41,732 nucleotides of DNA. Source: Acidothermaceae bacterium. GTDB lineage: Bacteria; Actinomycetota; Actinomycetes; Acidothermales; Acidothermaceae. Numbering within the stretch: the first letter of the stretch is position 1; every line of letters starts with the position of its first letter. Position numbers and translations under genes: made by a program. The stretch covers positions 1-41,732 of the forward strand of contig DASRZB010000223.1 of assembly GCA_035653855.1 (NCBI GenBank), written 5' to 3'. Below the pieces are notes generated by a model. It did not search any database. It was not told the origin of the DNA and saw nothing but the letters and a program-made list of their open reading frames with translations. Positions 38,879-41,732 of this stretch are shown in pieces.

Positions 38879-41732
38879 TCAGTAGCCGAGTGCCGCGTTC
38901 ACCTCGTCTTGTACATGGCTCGACAAGGCATCTGGGCCGCCAAATATTGAGCTGGTGAGAACCGATGACTTGGTTGTCTGTAGGTACTCGGTTGTCGACG
39001 TTGGCAACGAGTCTGGTGCCGAAAGCACGATCGGGCCACCGTCGTGAGCTTCGAGAGCACCTCCGGTCAGTGCGTCCGGGTAGGTGACGCCGCTGGCGAC
39101 GCCGAGCACAGTCGGTGTGTCGAACAGTTTGGTCGCAACCTGCGCCGCCGTGGTGTAACGGTCAGCTCCCGAAATCGGCACGGCTGCCGGGTCTGCCGCG
39201 ATGGCCGGACCGCCGATTGCGTATACCGTCGTCGCGTGTGCGCTGAGGTACGCCGCCACGGACGGCGGCAAGGCGCCGTCGTCGGTCAGCAGCACCGCGC
39301 CGCCGACGTGGCTCGCGGCCGGACCGGCTGCCAGTGCGTCGGGGAAGTTCATCCCGGTTGCCAGCAGGACCGTACTCGGGTCGCCCAATGCGTGGGCCAC
39401 AGCCAGTGCCGTGCCGAATCGGTCGACGCCTGCGTAGCGCACCGGAACGTATCCAAGCGCGGTCACCTGGCTCGCGACACTCGCCGGGATGGCGGCCGTG
39501 CCACCGAGCAGATACACCGTGCCGCCAGGAACCAACACCCGCTCGATCTCTGCGGTTGTCGTGTCGTCGAGCGCCCCACCTTGCACGAGCAGCAGCGGGG
39601 CGTCCTTGGCCTTGGCGAGAGGGATGCCGACCAACGCGTCGGGGTAGTTGTCAGCCCGCGCCAAGACCACCGCGCCGGCGCTGTGCTTCGTGGGTAACTC
39701 GGCGAGCGAGGTGGCCACGGCAGTCGCGAGGCGGTTCACCCCGGCAATCCTTGCCGGTGGGGCGGGCACCGGCGCGACACCACCGGCGCGAACCCTCATG
39801 GGCGTCGTGGCAGGCGAGGCCGCCGAGTCGAGGCCGGTCCCGACCGCGTTCACCGCGGCCACCGTGAAGGTGTACGGCGTGCCGTTGGTCAGGCCCGCCA
39901 GGGCGTAAGTGGTGACATCGCCGACAGCGATCGGCGAACCGGGCGATGGCGTGATGACGTAGCCCGTGAGTGGCGAGCCGCCGTCATCGACCGGTGCGAT
40001 CCAACGGAGGACGACTTGCCCGTCACCCGCACTGGCGGTCACCGCGGTCGGCGCGTCGGGGACCACAGGAGATGGCGTCGCCGCTGCCGAGACGACCGAC
40101 ACAGCGCCAGCGCCGACCGCGTTCACCGCGGCCACGGTGAAGGTGTACGGCGTGCCATTCGTCAACCCTGTCACGGCGTAGCTGGTCACGTCACCGAGCG
40201 GGACCTGCGAGCCCGACGACGAAGTCAGGAGGTACCCGATGATCGGAGAACCCCCGTCATCGGTGGGCCCCGTCCAGGTCAACGTGACGGTGCCGTTGCC
40301 CGGTGACGCGGTGGTGATCGTCGGGGCGTCGGGGACGGTTGGCTCCGGGGTGACAGATCCGGAGGCTACCGAAGCGGCGCCGATGCCCACGACGTTGATC
40401 GCGGCCACGGTGACCGTGCACGACGTGCCGTTGGTCAACCCGGTCACGACGCCGCTCGTAACGTTGCCGACCGTCATCGGCGAGCCGCACGACGGGGTGA
40501 TGAGGTAGCCGGTGACTGGCGAGCCGCCAGCGTCCGTCGGCGCGGTCCAGTCCAGATTGACCTGGCCGTTGCCGGCCGTCGCCGAGGTGATGGTTGGCGC
40601 ATCGGGCACCGTCGCGGGCGTCACAGCGGCGGACGCCGCACTGGCGGGGCCGGTGCCGTTTCCGTTCACCGCGTACACCTCAAACGTGTAAGGGATGCCG
40701 TTGGTCAAGCCGGTCACGACGGCGGTCGTCGCGGTGGAAACCCCGTCGTTGAACTGTGTGTAGGTGGTGTCGTCGGTGGAGTAATAGACGGTGTAGTCGG
40801 CGATCGCGCTGGCGCCGGTGCTACCGGCAGTCCAGGTCAGCGTGACCCGCGAGTCGGCGGCTGCCCCGGCCACGTTCGACACGGCCCCCGGCAGCAACGA
40901 CGGCGTCGCGGCGACGCGGTCGGAGCGTGGGCCTAAGCCGGCCGCATTCTGCGCTTCCACCGAGATGTAATAGGTAGTGCCATTCGTCAGGCCGCTGAGT
41001 GTGCAGCTGAGCGAGCTGGCGTTGCACGTCGTGACCTGAGTACCGCCGACTGCCTGGTTGAACGCCGTCGCACTGTAGCTGGTGATGGCCGAGCCGTTGC
41101 CGTTCGCGGCCGCCCAGCTCACCACGATGCCGTTGTTCTCCGCGTTGGCGACGATCGTCGATGCGTCGGGAGCGTCCGGGAAGCCATACGGCGTTGCGGT
41201 CACGACGTTCGAGGCAGCGCCTGCTCCAGCGGCGCTGATCGCCCGCACGGCGACGCCGTAGCTGGTGCCATTAGTTAGGCCGCTGATGTTGATCGGGCTC
41301 GTCGTGCCGACCGCGGTCTGCCACGCGCCGCCGTTGAGCTGGAACTCGTAGCCGGTGATCGGGTCAGAGCCGGCACCTCCGGCGGTGAACGCAACGGTCA
41401 GGTACGTGTCGTGCGCGACGATCGACGACAGAGTCGGGGCACCGGGCCGCGCCAGCGGGGTCACCTGTATGCGCGAGGACTCCGCGCTCGAACCGACCAC
41501 GTTTTGTGCCACTACCGACACGTAGTACGTCGCGGTGTTCGTCAAGCCTAAGATCGTGCAAGACGTCGTCGCAGCAGTGCAGGTCGCGGTCGCGCTGGTA
41601 CCCGAGATAGACGTGTACGCACTGGTGAGGTAGCCAGTGATCGGCGATCCGCCGTTGTCGACCGGCGCCGTCCAGGACACGCCGACCGTCGCGTCGCCGG
41701 ACGCGGCCGCGATGCCGGTCGGCGCAGCGGGA
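38879..41732 (-). CDS. large cell-surface protein: at least 7 fibronectin type III repeats plus 3 C-terminal cell-wall-binding repeat 2 (CWB2) modules; N-terminus lies beyond the right window edge
   Basis: Track ORF 38879..41680 begins at an internal GTG. The frame stays open to 41732 (...PAAPTGIAAASGDATVGVSWTAPVDNGGSPITGY). There are seven W-T-x-P...GGSPITGY...GLTNGT.Y.F.V units. The C-terminal ~290 aa hold three units of GxDR(F/Y/L)xTA...xxYPDAL...P(L/I/V)LL...LP...YL...VYxxGG, the PF04122-like pattern. Confidence 0.85.
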   Translation of the reverse strand, partial: PAAPTGIAAASGDATVGVSWTAPVDNGGSPITGYLTSAYTSISGTSATATCTAATTSCTILGLTNTATYYVSVVAQNVVGSSAESSRIQVTPLARPGAPTLSSIVAHDTYLTVAFTAGGAGSDPITGYEFQLNGGAWQTAVGTTSPINISGLTNGTSYGVAVRAISAAGAGAASNVVTATPYGFPDAPDASTIVANAENNGIVVSWAAANGNGSAITSYSATAFNQAVGGTQVTTCNASSLSCTLSGLTNGTTYYISVEAQNAAGLGPRSDRVAATPSLLPGAVSNVAGAAADSRVTLTWTAGSTGASAIADYTVYYSTDDTTYTQFNDGVSTATTAVVTGLTNGIPYTFEVYAVNGNGTGPASAASAAVTPATVPDAPTITSATAGNGQVNLDWTAPTDAGGSPVTGYLITPSCGSPMTVGNVTSGVVTGLTNGTSCTVTVAAINVVGIGAASVASGSVTPEPTVPDAPTITTASPGNGTVTLTWTGPTDDGGSPIIGYLLTSSSGSQVPLGDVTSYAVTGLTNGTPYTFTVAAVNAVGAGAVSVVSAAATPSPVVPDAPTAVTASAGDGQVVLRWIAPVDDGGSPLTGYVITPSPGSPIAVGDVTTYALAGLTNGTPYTFTVAAVNAVGTGLDSAASPATTPMRVRAGGVAPVPAPPARIAGVNRLATAVATSLAELPTKHSAGAVVLARADNYPDALVGIPLAKAKDAPLLLVQGGALDDTTTAEIERVLVPGGTVYLLGGTAAIPASVASQVTALGYVPVRYAGVDRFGTALAVAHALGDPSTVLLATGMNFPDALAAGPAASHVGGAVLLTDDGALPPSVAAYLSAHATTVYAIGGPAIAADPAAVPISGADRYTTAAQVATKLFDTPTVLGVASGVTYPDALTGGALEAHDGGPIVLSAPDSLPTSTTEYLQTTKSSVLTSSIFGGPDALSSHVQDEVNAALGY
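39799..40617 (-). repeat. three tandem 273-bp (91-codon) coding repeats (short FN3 variants)
   Basis: The stretch GACCGCGTTCACCGCGGCCAC(C/G)GTGAAGGTGTACGGCGTGCC recurs at 39842 and 40115 (offset 273). A more diverged copy has GCGGCCACGGTGA at 40401 versus 40128 (offset 273). Confidence 0.8.

Noticed and set aside
39799-41732. Regularly spaced repeats that could be taken for a CRISPR array or satellite
   Set aside because: The period is 273 nt and longer, and the repeats lie fully inside one open reading frame encoding FN3 modules. There is no short repeat/spacer structure and there are no cas genes.
1-41732. rRNA, tRNA, riboswitch, transposase, integrase, toxin-antitoxin or known defence-system genes
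   Set aside because: I recognised none by eye in any intergenic region or ORF translation. The 5-prime UTR-sized gaps (9214-9341, 17261-17396) show no structure I can assign. A covariance-model scan (Rfam/Infernal, tRNAscan) would be needed to exclude small RNAs.

Overview
GC-rich, strongly GC3-biased, actinobacterial-type chromosomal window. It is densely coding (about 40 genes). I saw no rRNA, tRNA, CRISPR array, integrase or transposase. The ORF track takes the earliest possible start (including GTG/TTG) and lists many long antisense ORFs typical of high-GC DNA, so several starts were re-picked by hand. LEFT (1-7.5 kb): a six-gene minus-strand operon encodes a partner-switching module with no sigma factor: a GAF-PP2C phosphatase, an RsbW-like kinase and two tandem STAS proteins. 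It runs without a break into an unknown 271-aa protein and a CrtI-like FAD oxidoreductase. A large SARP-AAA-TPR regulator is transcribed divergently from it. CENTRE (8.3-37.7 kb): a ~29 kb catabolic island in seven transcription units served by four promoter-bearing intergenic regions. It holds seven C-N hydrolases from five families, three PLP enzymes, a RidA-like protein, an E1 alpha/beta TPP dehydrogenase with no E2/E3, a sugar-acid module, a CUT1-type ABC importer without an ATPase gene, an MFS transporter, and two atypical regulators (a 457-aa wHTH protein inside an operon, and a CGNR zinc-finger protein). Main observation: all four of these intergenic regions carry a related cis-element with core yATwACGGCkAT. 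Two copies form a 36-bp block that is 33/36 identical and contains a TAGCCGTT-N10-AACGGCTA dyad. This suggests the island is one co-regulated system for an unidentified glyco-/acyl-amino compound. I could not match it to a named pathway. RIGHT (38.4-41.7 kb): a frameshifted DUF488 remnant, then the 3-prime ~2.85 kb of a very large cell-surface protein gene with at least 7 FN3 repeats and 3 CWB2 repeats. All family calls come from reading motifs in the translations by eye; no database search was run.
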